Shown: positions 33,224 to 45,800 of the stretch, in pieces
How positions within the stretch are numbered: the stretch's first letter is position 1
Layout of the letters: every line of letters begins with the position of its first letter
Source of the DNA: Tubiluchus corallicola
Lineage: Eukaryota > Animalia > Priapulida
NCBI GenBank assembly: GCA_030141605.1
Contig: JAQGDQ010000249.1
Coordinates: forward strand, 246,510-310,509
Reading direction: 5' to 3'
Length of the DNA: 64,000 bases
Notes under the pieces: model-generated
Told to the model about the DNA's origin: nothing
Seen by the model: the letters and a program-made list of their open reading frames with translations, nothing else
Databases searched by the model: none
Translations under genes and position numbers: made by a program

Positions 33224-36200
33224 ATGTCGGACAGTGAACACGAATAGTGAGTAATTGTCGACTACAACACAAATATTCTAAGTATTTTTGCATACATGAT
33301 TACATTAGTACAGTAAGAATTTTGACGAGCAAGTTTTAATTTTTCACTAAAACGCCAAGGAATGTCTCAAAAATCCAGCAAACAAGTGCCCTCCCTGGTT
33401 ACTGATAGTTGTTGATTACAGTCATTGCCTTTTATTGATTGCAGATAGCAAATAAGGGAGCTTTATTGGTTATTGTATTTGTATTGTAACGTGTAGGCAA
33501 ACGTAACTTTGACTTTTATGCAGTATACTTTCTGTAAAGTTTGAGAAACAGCGTTTTAATATCTTGCTGCGAACAAGACTTGAGCACACTGAACTGACAA
33601 AGTGGACTAGTTTATTAGTTAAAAATTTAATACCATTGCTCATGTCTTATGTAACTGTAACCAAACAGTTCCTCAGTTCCAAGTTTGTTCAGAAACAGAA
33701 TTGTAAACTGGTGGAGAACGAAAGCATAAAATGACCCTACCATACACTTTGCGATCCACTTCTATGTCTCCGTGATACATTATTTTTCTGATAGTGTTTG
33801 GCATTGGAAATAGACTGTAACTAAAAATATGGCATTTTAAAAACCAGCCCTTTCTCGTAAACAGTAAAGCTTTAGCTATCTGAGATGCAAAGTGTTTGTT
33901 TACAGACATTGCTACCGTTTTTTGATGTTTTTTGAGCTAAAATAACATAAAAATGTTAACATTAGAAACACCTTGTACATCTATTTGTGAAAATCTAGCG
34001 TGAAATATTAATAATTAATTTTTTATCACAGCAGCGAGGAGGAATCAGAGGAAGAGGAAGTAGAGGTATTTCTGTCAGCACAGCCGCACCTCTTAAGCTG
34101 TTACCACGAAATCATTCACCACTATCAACTTTATATCATATAACATGCATTACGATATAACAAGTTTTTATTATTTTCATGAAAAGTGCTATAGATATTT
34201 TCCTGGCAGAATTTAAACATGAAACGTCAGCTTACCTGATTTTTTCTTATTTTTTATCAAGAAATTTTAGGCAAAAGTAAAAATTCCTCGACAACAATGA
34301 TTGCAACAGTATGCCGTGTGATAATCTAGGAACAGTAGTTTCAAAAGTCAAATGATGTGATTTCGTGATAACAACATTGCCTTGCGTTCAACTTTCTATG
34401 AATCTTTCTATAAAATCCCGTGCCCGACATTAAACATTAACATTTTATTTGGACCGGCTTCCTGTTTTCGTTTCGCTTTTCACAGTGTCTTCAATTTCGA
34501 CTCACGTTCTGTTTTTCCCTAGCTTTAATCTGGCCAACCCTGTTGTGTTTCAGCCATTCAAGATCTGCTATTAAATCATTTTTGCAATTCTTACTGATAC
34601 TATCATTTTTCTTCACTAATTAGCTTCTTTTATTTTAACTCGTTTTAGACATAAACAGTGAAGATTTTTCGTCACTTGTAATTAAACTATCATATAGCAC
34701 TATTACTTTCTTGTTTGTTACATCAGTATCTAATCTTATTGTTTATTTTCTCTTTTTTCTCTGCCTGCTTTGACTACCTTTCTCTTGCTGCACGTTGAAT
34801 CAACCAGCGAGGAGGAAAGTGAGGTAAAGGTTTCCCTCTATAGCTACATACATACCCGTCTTGCTCTAAGTCTAATGTTAGACATCTTCAAAATCATTAT
34901 CTTAATTATGAGGTTGAAGAGCGGAGTTCATTTGAAAACGTTGCTTGTTATTTGCTTCAAAAATTTTACTTAAAAACGGAAAAGAAAGAAAAGGGAAGGG
35001 AAAGGAACAGGACAGGGCCCGACAAGACGATAGGAAAAAAGAGATGAGAAGTAGATACAGAAGAAAAGAAAAGGGACACAAAAGAAAGAGAAACAGAGGA
35101 AAGAAAAAAAAGAAATTAAAAGAAAAAATGAAATGAAAAGGAAAAAAGAAAAGAAAAGAAAAGAAAAGAGAAAGGATAAGAAAAGAAAGACAAGACTAAG
35201 CGTGGATGGGCAAGGCAAGGCAAGAATGGAAGAAAAGAAAAGGAAAGGAAGAAAAGGGAAGAAATAAAGAGAAAAGAAAAGAGAAGAGAAGGGAGGGAAA
35301 GGAAAGGACTGGAAAGAATGCGAGAGGAAAAGAAAAAGGAAGGAAAAGGACAGGGAGGAAAATAAAGCAAAGAAATAAGAGAAGAGAAAAGTAAAAGTAT
35401 AATCATGAGGTGGATCGAAATTTTTCCGTTAAATGTCTGCGTCTTACATTAGAGCAAGTACGGTAAGCAATTTACAAGCTTTAAAGAATTTAACAATCAT
35501 TGGCTTAATTAAAAAAAGAAAGTTCATTAACTTATTTATTTATTTATTTCCGTTTTTTCGTAGCATCTAAGCAGTGTCAGTGAGAAGCCAAGATTGCCTA
35601 TATTCTATAAGCTTGTATTTTGCATTATGATCGACCAGATTGTAGCTGGAAACTTGTATGCCATTATTCTACTTCGTTAGTTATTAAAATGGTTGTTTAA
35701 AATGACTTTGTTTTAACTTTGATAAATGACTATTATACTTTGATAAACAAAAACACGTGTTAAATATATTGTGATTACTATTATTTTTGTGTAAAGAGTA
35801 TTAGCTACAGCTGTTGTGTGTACTGTGGGGAAAAGATAGCAGCGGACAGCTAAAGGAAAGGCCTCGCCTTCTGCGAATTTAGGTTTATTTTAATGTTCGC
35901 AAGAAATATTAGAAGTATTTAGTAATAATAGTGTGATAACCGGCTCGTGTAATTAGTAAAATCACTTTAACGTCACGATCATTTGGGCGCTGCCACTTTG
36001 AAAGGCCCATTCTTCCACCAGTGACGTCGTTCATCGTCTGAAGAAAAGCAGCGCGCTGTTAATTTTCATCATAAGTTTTTACAAAAAAATAGATAGCTTA
36101 TTTTTCATATTTTTGCAAGTACATTAAGTAAGCTACAAAAATTTGAATTAGTTTAACCGGTGCGCTTACGAAAAGTCATAAAGTCCAACAGTGGCGTCAT

Positions 36201-39200
36201 AATTTTCAAGCGAATAGGCTGAAAATTTCTATACAGCGGTAGTATAAACTGTATTTTACGATTTATAGACAATTTTTGTCCATATTCCTTTCGTAGATTT
36301 TTTTAGTTTAAGTAAAATAACATTAAAATAAACATAATATGCTAAGTAAGTTGTCATTTCCTTTAAAGTAAAACATAACATTTAATTGCTAAAATAATTG
36401 TAAGTGATTACGAGTCTTGCAGTTACTCTAGAAAATGGTGTTTGAGAACTTTTCGTGGTAATGGTTGCTTACGAACTTGAAACTTTTGAGTGCATCCAAA
36501 ATAAAGCTGTTTATTTTAATCACGTCTGAATGATAATTGTATGGTATTTAAAGAAATTATTACATACGGTAGGAAGAAGAGGAGGAGGAAGAGGAAGAGG
36601 AAAAAGAAGATCCTGTAGCAAAGAAGAAAGCCGAAGAACAGGCGAAAAAAGAAGCCGAAGAAAAAAGAAAGAAGGAGGAGGAAGAAAGGAAAAAGACTGC
36701 CGTACTTGATCGGGAAAAGGCCAGAGAAGATGTGAGCTCCACCTTTTGACATTACATTTTCTTAAGTGATCAAATTTAAAAAGTGTTACAGTTGCGCCCT
36801 CTATATTCAAATATAGCAAATAATAATTGACCAACGCTGCTTTAAACTGTTGGTTTTTTGTCATGTTTATAACATCAACATTGATTTTCATCAAATTTAT
36901 TATATTTTGTTTCAGGAAGCCAGAAGAAAGATTGAAGAGAGAGAAAGGAAGAAGGCAGAGGTCAGGAAACGACTGGAGGAGAGTTCGAAAAAGAAGAAGA
37001 ACGGCTTCTTAACTGGAGCTCGTAAGAAGAAGCTAAAGGTAAGAATTAAATCGAAGCTCAAGAAAGCAGTGTAGACGCACCTTATTGCGATTATAAATAA
37101 ATGCAATAAATATAAACAAACAAACAAAGTAGTATGTAAAGAAGTACATAATGTGAAATATCTGCGCTTCGTGGTGAGGCACTTATTTACATTTGTGACA
37201 TGATTCGTCCAACAAATTCAAGCCGGTGTAGTCTTAGATCAAATGATAACATTTTGCTTACCGTTCCTAGAGTGCGCTGTTCCGCTACGGGTTATAGGTC
37301 ATTTGCTGTTGCAGGACCAACTCTATGGGACAGCCTGTCCATCCAAATAAGGACACTCTCGAGCATTAACACTTTAAAAATACAGATTAAAAGATACTTA
37401 TTTAAAATAGCATACAATCTTTGAAGTAATTTTGATTTGTCTTTATATGCTTGTATTTTGTAAATTTGTTTTTTATGTATTTACTTGTTGTAATTTTATG
37501 AAATTTAGTAGAATTGCTGCTTAATCTGGTAAACATTTTTGAAGTTCGTTGTGATGATTTTAGATATCTTTGTGAAGCGTTTTTCAATATTGTCAGTTGT
37601 ATTGTCTATAGATTTAGACGCTATACAAAATGAATATTATTATTATCTGAAACTGTGGAAAAGGAAACTCGAGTACGGTTTAATGAGCTACCTTGCAATA
37701 CTCTGATACAATTCAGTGGCTACATGTGGCTTTCTGTAGGCTTTCTTGATGAAAAAAATTCGTGAAGACATGTTAGCAGAAATTGCCCGCAAAGAAGAAG
37801 AAAAGAAAAAAGTTTTATCGCAGCGGGTGCGACCTCTTCCAAACTTGGACGCCATGTCTCAACGTAAGTGCATGATATAGAATACAATTAACAGTGTGAT
37901 GATAACGCTAAAATGACATTAATTGTCGCTTAGAATATTCTTTATACTTCATAAAAGACTGACATTGCAAACCTAAAATCCAATTTAACAACAGAAAAGA
38001 TAAAAAAATGTAAAGATAAAAAAATTGACGAGGAAAAATATTTAATTTTTGAATGTAGCCCAACTATTATAACGACTTAAGAAATAGCTTGTTCTTTCAT
38101 GTCAATGAAATTTTCACAAACTTAATGAATTTCACAGTATCGGAAAATTTATATTGCTGATGAACGGAATTGATTTTGAACTTGCATATTTAGTTTCAAA
38201 TTATGTTACAGACTGTTTTCAAAGGAGGAAAATAAAATCTTAATCACAGAAAATCATATTCAATTGATAACAATAGCACATTATTGTATTTATATTATTT
38301 TTGCAAACGTGTAAACATTGTAATCTTGTTTAATCTCTGTTTCAATTTTACCCAAGTATTGGGATGCTTTTGTGTGATGTGCGATTTTTTATGTACATTG
38401 CATATTGTATCGTGTTGTTTGTCAATAAACTAATACATAAACTTACCATATATTAAATATTACTGTAATTAGGATTAATTACTATCTTTAACATCCACTT
38501 CCCTAATCTTCATCATCAGTGCAGCTCAGGATCAGTGTATGTGTTTACGTAAAATCAGCTAAGGCCTAAAATTCGCTTTTTCTGTTTACAGAACAGCTAG
38601 AAGACTTGTGTAAGACATTATTGGGTCAGATTGAAAACACGGAGAGTGAAAAATATGACGTACTTTACAAGATTAAGGAAAACGAGGCTATGATTCATGA
38701 GATGAATTATGCTGTCAACGACTTGAGAGGCAAATTGTACGTATATCATTGCAACTCTGTATCCAACTTTTACCTTTATTTACACATTGTATATTGTGCT
38801 TAGAAATAACTATTTGGTATCTGTGTTGCAATTATAAACGTTTAGTCTTTGTAACAGCACAAGCCTACGCCCATAGCCTTCCTGACCTTTGTCTTTGCAG
38901 CACCTAGTTACAAAAATTAAAAAAAGATCTTCTGATATTAGTGCTGAAGGAAAGAAAATCAAACAGTTCGGTGTTCTTGTCTAGGAAGAATTAGAATCTA
39001 TACCTCGTTAATCACAACACGGGAATTGGCCCTGATTTATCTTTCACATGGAGGTTTAGCAATTGTTCGTTCATATATATTTGAAATATACGCTATTGTG
39101 ATAGTAATCTATCATTTATTCTCACTAGGTTATCCACAAGTCTGTGAAAATTTACTTACTTACTTGTTTTATTGCTTTACTTGCTTTGTCAGCTGATTTA

Positions 39201-40444
39201 TTATGCATTGTTGTTTGATAGAATTCGTAAAGTGACGTAAGTCTGTTATTTGTTTTCAGCATAAAGCCAAGTCTTAAAAAAGTATCCAAATATGATAATA
39301 AGTGAGTAATTTTATTCTACCTTTTATGACAAGTACATATTTTTGTACCTTTATTTATTAGGCTAAAGGCCTGATAAGATCACCTTAAATTTATTTTGTG
39401 TAATTATACATATTATGTGTAAACATAAACTCCAGTAAGAGTACAGAAATAAAAACAAAATCAAAATGGAGAGCAGCCATTGACACCTGCAGTTATAAAT
39501 GATAAGTTTATAATAACAATTTCTTAAAACGTTTGGTTGCATTAATATATTATTGCGCTAGATTAAGTTTATAAACATTTTACTGTATGGCTATTCACAA
39601 TGAGACGTGTACGGCGTTCTAGCGCTATGACACATGCTCAGTTCTAGTTTCACAATACACATATTGTGTTATCATTTTTAGAGTTTACTCTATTGATCTT
39701 GTATCAGCCTTCAACTGTACCAGTTTTAATTGCAGTTTCCGAAAACTGAACGACAAAAAAAAACAAATGACCTTCCCCTTTTTTAGGTTTGCCAAAATGC
39801 AACAAATGCAAAAGAAAACGACTGTGAATTTCCGGGAAGGACTGAAGGAATCAGGGAAGGACAAATTTGCGCTCGGACCAGAACAAGAAGGAGAGGTAAA
39901 AGAAACCAATACTATCTGTATTTTTGCAATATAGGCTTATCCAGTTTATAAGGAAAGTACTTTAATGTACTAACGTGTACAGACTTAAATAGAAATGAAA
40001 ATTATCAACAACAGCTTTAACAGAAAAATTCTCGCCAAATTCTGTCTTGCATTGGAATAAACACGGTAAATAAACAATGGTTTCAAAAAGCCACACACGT
40101 AGTAACAGCCTCTAGTCACGTGTAATGATATAAAATGTGACACACTTTCATGAAGTACGTTTCCTATTGTTGCATATTAAATTAAGCTACACTTTATAAC
40201 ACACTTTATAAGTCACGTATTTTGAACTAAATCGCAATAAATACGGGTCAACTTGTAAAGTTGTGAACTGTATTTACTAAACTCAATTTGCATTATGAAG
40301 AGGGACAAGTCTTACTTTTGCATTTTTCTTTATTTGTCAATATGTATGTTTTCTTTCAAAATTTAAAAATCGTTACTTTTTTTTGTTATTAATAATGGCT
40401 TGTTTTTTTTTTAGAAAAAGCCGGATTGGGCGGCGAAGCACTAA
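33224..40444 (+). CDS. TnI: Troponin I, invertebrate type with an acidic N-terminal extension (about 262 aa)
   Basis: Exons 33224-33246, 34032-34065, 36573-36731, 36916-37038 (KKAEVRKRLEE..GFLTGARKKKLK), 37740-37863, 38592-38736 (EKYDV..VNDLRGKF), 39260-39301 (IKPSLKKVSKYDNK, inhibitory peptide), 39787-39895, 40415-40444 (KKPDWAAKH*). Phases are consistent; AATAAA at about 40873. Confidence 0.93.
34808..34823 (+). other. Candidate 16-nt alternative microexon of troponin I (EEESE)
   Basis: Long pyrimidine tract, CAG|CGAGGAGGAAAGTGAG|GTAAAG; same phases (2,0) as exon 34032-34065 and similar sequence. Confidence 0.65.
34972..35396. repeat. A/G-rich low-complexity tract
   Basis: (AAAAG)n-like; produces spurious K/R/E-rich and F/L/S-rich ORFs. 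Confidence 0.85.
37195..37645 (+). mobile_element. L2/CR1-group LINE 3' end remnant
   Basis: SLRS..LLTVPRVR..GYRSFAVAGPTLWDSL..IR..LK.YLF is the typical L2 ORF2 C-terminus; ends in a (TAT)n tail. Confidence 0.75.
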
Positions 40445-42872
40445 AGAGTGGTCAATATTATACTACGTGCCCCTCGATCATGCCCTCTTTATGTGTTATT
40501 TATTATGATGAAATTGATAATGGTTGTTTAATATTATACATTTTCTTCATGTTAAGTTGTTGCTTTACAAATCAATGGGAAAAACTAATTCTAGTTAACT
40601 TAAGCTGTCTTGTTTTATAATGAAAACTGTTAAATACATAATCTTTTAATGAGCAAATTATCATAAAAATACATTTATTTCTGGTGATAACAAATGTTCT
40701 GATTAATTGTTGTTAATATGTTCACTTTTATTCACAAGTTTTATTTCAAAATTTTCCCTATTTTAACGCAGTCTTTTGAATCTGTGTTATCCCTGAATTT
40801 GATATCGCTTGATGCCGTTACACCATAGGCGAATTATTTTGGCGAAGTTGTAACTTCATTTTACATTTCTTGAATAAAATGCTCACAATTTGCTCACTGT
40901 ACTTGTTTTTTAAAATTTTATTTTTTATACTAGCTCCTTCAAATGCAAGAAACTAACGGGTCATTGTAACAACGTTTTAGTTCAGTTTGGCGTATTGTCA
41001 GGTATCCAGCTCCCAGCATTCGTCTATAGCAAGTTATACACAAGTAGGATTCTAAATTAGGTCTGAAGCTGCACATAGAACGCCTAAAATAGGGCATTAT
41101 ATTATCAATAAGCCTTTTCACGGTTTCGTTGTGAACACGCGCAGTTGCTGTAGGGCAACGGTTAAGTGTACCACAGCAACCCGTCTTAACTATAACCGTC
41201 GTGTGACATGTGTGTAAACCAAAGCTGTTTGCGGCAAGAGTTCAGTAACGTCAGTTGTTTTACGTGGACTTTACTTAATTATGCATTAGTCTGTGGGTAC
41301 AGTGATTTCTAGCAGGATCTTGCTTGGGAATGAGAAAAGATGCCGAAAACTAGTAAATCATTGTTATCCCAGTGTACAAAACCAGAACACTATAATGTAC
41401 ATAACTGACTAGAGTATGACGCGCACATGGCTATAGCAGATCAGAAGGTACCACCGGTCAATCGGACATTCCAGAACAAGCCACCAAGTCTTGTGGGTGA
41501 TCAGCTTGTTATGTTGCTAAGTGTCGCACTTATCAATGCCTAGTCATGGTGGTGATAAAGTTTCAAAGTCGCAAGGCAAAAACAAGCTACCAGTCTGTCG
41601 TCTGTCAGTTTTTAAGATCTCGTCAGGAACAGTCAACAGTCAACAGCCAGTGCCAGAATGAGCTAAACAAAGGCAACAACCAATTTAGCAGCTACAGTTT
41701 TTTGGTCAGCAACAGACTTCTCCATCTCATGACGAAACTGGCCGTCACCAAAGTCTAGCCAACGACCACGACCTCAAAATACCCCCCAACTCAGCAAATA
41801 CTGTACCACGGTCAAGACCAACTACCAAATCACCAGCTGTTGCACAGAGGTAAAGGTCAACTACCAAGTGGTAAGCAAGTCTTGGTCAGCCATAGACTCC
41901 TAGTCGAGGCACGCCATTACTAAGACGTGGTCGGGGAAAGCGACCAAAAGCGGATAACCTACTAAGTAGTCCAATATTGTAATAAATAAACCCAGTACTT
42001 ACATCATGTACTCTTTGTTTTGTTGTTTAATTATGATGGCAATTTTAACGTTGGCACTCATGACGAAGATAGCCACCAGAGACAGATAAAAAGAAGACTC
42101 CTACATGTACTATGTTTTGGATGGCAAATTGTGAAGGTTTCTGTTAACAGCAAAATAGTTTCAGTTACTTTGCAAAAACTAAAAAAATACGTTAAGCAAA
42201 GTTAGCATGCGATTTTAATTTAATATTAGCATAAAATTTGCACAACATTAATGATAAGCACATAACAGGAATGCAATTGCGCAATAGTTATTTATCTCTG
42301 CTCATCTCTAATTTTGTGTCACAAAATAATACCGCACCAGTAATGTTTTATCTGTATCGGAATTATTGCTTTCGTAAATTAGTAAGGTTTACTATAGTAG
42401 GTAAAAACTAGATGATGTAGTACTTTCTCAAATATTTTAAATAAGCCGTGAACAACAAAAATGCATTGAGACTTACACTTTGTTGGTTCATTCGTATGGC
42501 TGCTGAATTTCAGATAGCTACAATAAGTACAATCTATAGCTACATTAGCTACAAAAGTTAAAGATATATGCACTTAAAAATAGACATTATAAACGCATTT
42601 TCCACATTTGAGGAAGTCCGTGTACCAGAATTTAGATCTCAGTTGAGGCCTCTGAAAACACCCTTGGTGACTGAGGCTCCGTCCCGGACCGCGCCGGGGA
42701 GCTTGCAGCGCTCCCACAGACCCCCTAGATTATTGCATGCATTGTTCAATAACACACTGCACGCTACTGGTGCATATAAATTTGACATTATCTTACAACT
42801 TACAATTATACTGGGAAGTCAGTTTCAATATTATTGACTCAAACGCGTATCTTACTTACTACTATACGCTAA

Positions 42873-45800
42873 TTAACATGTTTTTGACACTGACTGATAA
42901 TTCGTGATGGCCGACACTGTCGCCAAAGCTGTCGAGTCTTTCGTGTTTGCTGACGTCTCACGCGCGTCATCTTTCACTTTCATCCTCAACACTTTCTTGA
43001 AGCCGTTGCGAAAGTGGGTGTTGGTCGCCCCATAGATAACAGGATTAGTGGCCGAGTTCAGGTGAGCCAGGTAGATGGCAAACAAGAAGAATCCTGTCGA
43101 CCAGTCGTGCCGATGATCAAAGAGACAGTCGATGAACAAAGGTCCCCACGAACAGGTGAAGAATGCCGTCACTAAGAAGAGAGTCTTTGCCATTTCTGTA
43201 GCAGCCTTTTTGCTGTCTTTTTTCCAAGGTCTCACAGCGTCTGTTACCTGGATTAGACAAGCAATACAATGTCACCTTTGAGCTTATGATTGGCAATGGA
43301 AACTTGTTAACCAGTATGATAACTAATGAGATAAGCACAAAACCACGGTGTCAACTTATTTGAAAACTCAGCAACTTACACCTTTATGATTTCGAACTTT
43401 TTATCATCTTTTTCTTGTGTACTTTCAGGCTCTTAAAACATTTTAAATCATAGAAAAAACATAAAACATAAACAGAAATGATGTTCTCTCTCTGTGTGTG
43501 TGTGTTATCAACAAAAGAATCCGAGTTCGTCTATAGCACGCTACAAACTATGATGATGATGATGATCGTTATTGTTTATTATTGTTGCTATGATGATGCT
43601 GATGCTGATGTGAAGATGATGATGATGATGATGACGATCATGATGATGATTATAATGAAGACGGCGGTTATAGACTGGCGATAATGACAATGAGAAAGAA
43701 ATAGTTTAATAGTTAGTGACGCTAATGATATTAAGGAAATGATATCAACAATTTAAAACTGATGCATTTTAGTAAGAGACTAATGGCTGTAGTAACAGCA
43801 GGCCCTTTGTTCTCTTTCCTTTGTGAAAAATATTTTAATGAAGCTTACTTTCTCAAAACACAGTTTCATAGGGTTTTGCATAAAACTAATGAGTCAAAGT
43901 GAATTAATTCGACGGCGATATAAAAATACTCCGGATTTTTCACAAATAACGCGTATTTTTGGCATCACAGTGTTTTTGCCGGATCACTTGAACATAATTT
44001 CTTTGCCCCGAAATAGGCCCCTGGTGGTCGCACGACCCAGGGCCAGACTAATACCTCCAGAGGACCTAAGCACTGAAAACAATGCGCTACCCCCATATAT
44101 GTGTAATTCAGAATAACAACAATAATAAACTGAACTGTAACTGAAATTTTAAACCTTTTAAAATGAAAAAAAACTTATATTAAGATTTATTCCTAGTAAA
44201 TGCTTTAAGTTATGATAGTAGATTAAAAATACAGAGACGACTCTAAATCTTATAAAAGGACAGCCATTCAGCAAATCTGCTGCCACAAGTATTCCGGTAT
44301 ATTTTACTTTTGGGGATTATTCGAATGGAAAAAACTGCGGGCCCTCTTCCACTGAGGCCCTAAGCACATGCTTATTTTGTTTACTCCAGGGCTGACACGA
44401 CCGCAGGCGCAGTGTTACAGCTATTACCTGTGAGTTATTAAAACAAATATTCTGAAACTTACAAAACAAAGTGCCGGTTTATTTGCGTTCGACTAATTTA
44501 ATTATATGCTAAGTAGGCACACTAACAAGGTAAAGTGAAACCAAGCAACTGTTATAAGAATCGTACAAAAACAAACGTCGCAAACAACAACAAGCTGAAA
44601 TTAGATACTGTTTTTGACGCAAGTGTTGTCTTATTTTAGATGTTATACGAAACCGCCTTTTCAATTTTAGGTAAAATAATTGCCAACGTCACATATGAAC
44701 TTGTCTGACTGAGATCTGATTAAATCTTTTTTGCGCGGATATAAACACGTTCTAGAGTTTAGACCTTGCCTCAGTCAGGCGTAGGCTGAAATAGCTGTGT
44801 GGTTAATGATAAAGCAAGAATATTTAGTTTCTCATATTAATCTTGCTTTTCAACGTTTGAGTAAAATTGGGTCTAATTCTGCAGTTCTTTGTTCAAGAAT
44901 TAAAAGACCCGAATTTAATTTTTATCATCTACGGAAAAGTGGTATTTGCAAGGCCTTAATTCGGCATTTATACTGACTAAAATATCAGTAGTTGAAATCG
45001 TGTTTAAAACATAATAATATGCTATTAATTAAGACTTCAACGAATTTAGATGTAAAAAGTTGTAAGCATACGTGCAATTGTGCTATCAGTTAGCGGGTAA
45101 ATAATATGCTAAAATGTCGCTGGTTTGTCGATTAACTTTTAATAATAACAAATTTTCAGCCAGAAATGGAAAGAAGGGCAGGAAAATACTTTAATTTTAA
45201 TTAAACCCGTATAATTTGCGAATAGAGGAGGCAGTGGTCTAAAAGCAACTGAGCTCGAGCAATGTTGGAAGCTCGAAGTTAGGTCTTTTCCTATAGCAAT
45301 TACGAGCGCGTTGTACTAAATGTGTGCGGTATAAAAACTTCAAAGTTTGCGACGAAATATTCAAGTCAAGAAATTCAAGTAATGGACGAAATATACATTT
45401 ACTGATGAAAGTGGTGAAACAAAAGTAAAATTTGAGCAAAATTAAGTAGGCCTGCACATATACAGAGGGTATACAGAGAGCACGGAATAGGTGTATTATT
45501 AGGTCCTATTTATTAGCCCGTGTTACCTGTGTCGTAAAACGCAATCAAAACGGCACAAGGAAAATATTCTTACTCTTTTTCTGCTTCTGCGGACGTAAAG
45601 AAAGATGTGGGTGTAGCAAATAGCCGTGACGACCAGTGGCATCATGATGATGAGAAGAGCAAAGAGGTATTTGTGGGTTGGAACCACGTAGAAGTTCCAC
45701 AAGCAGTGCATGGACCGTGGCTCCAGCCAAAACCTGCGAAATACATTTATATTTATGATACGGTTTTAGGGCTAAAGTTTACAATTCCTTACACACAAGA

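Noticed and set aside
34945-35406. Lys/Arg/Glu-rich ORFs as extra troponin I exons
   Set aside because: A/G low-complexity tract with stops and no credible splice sites.
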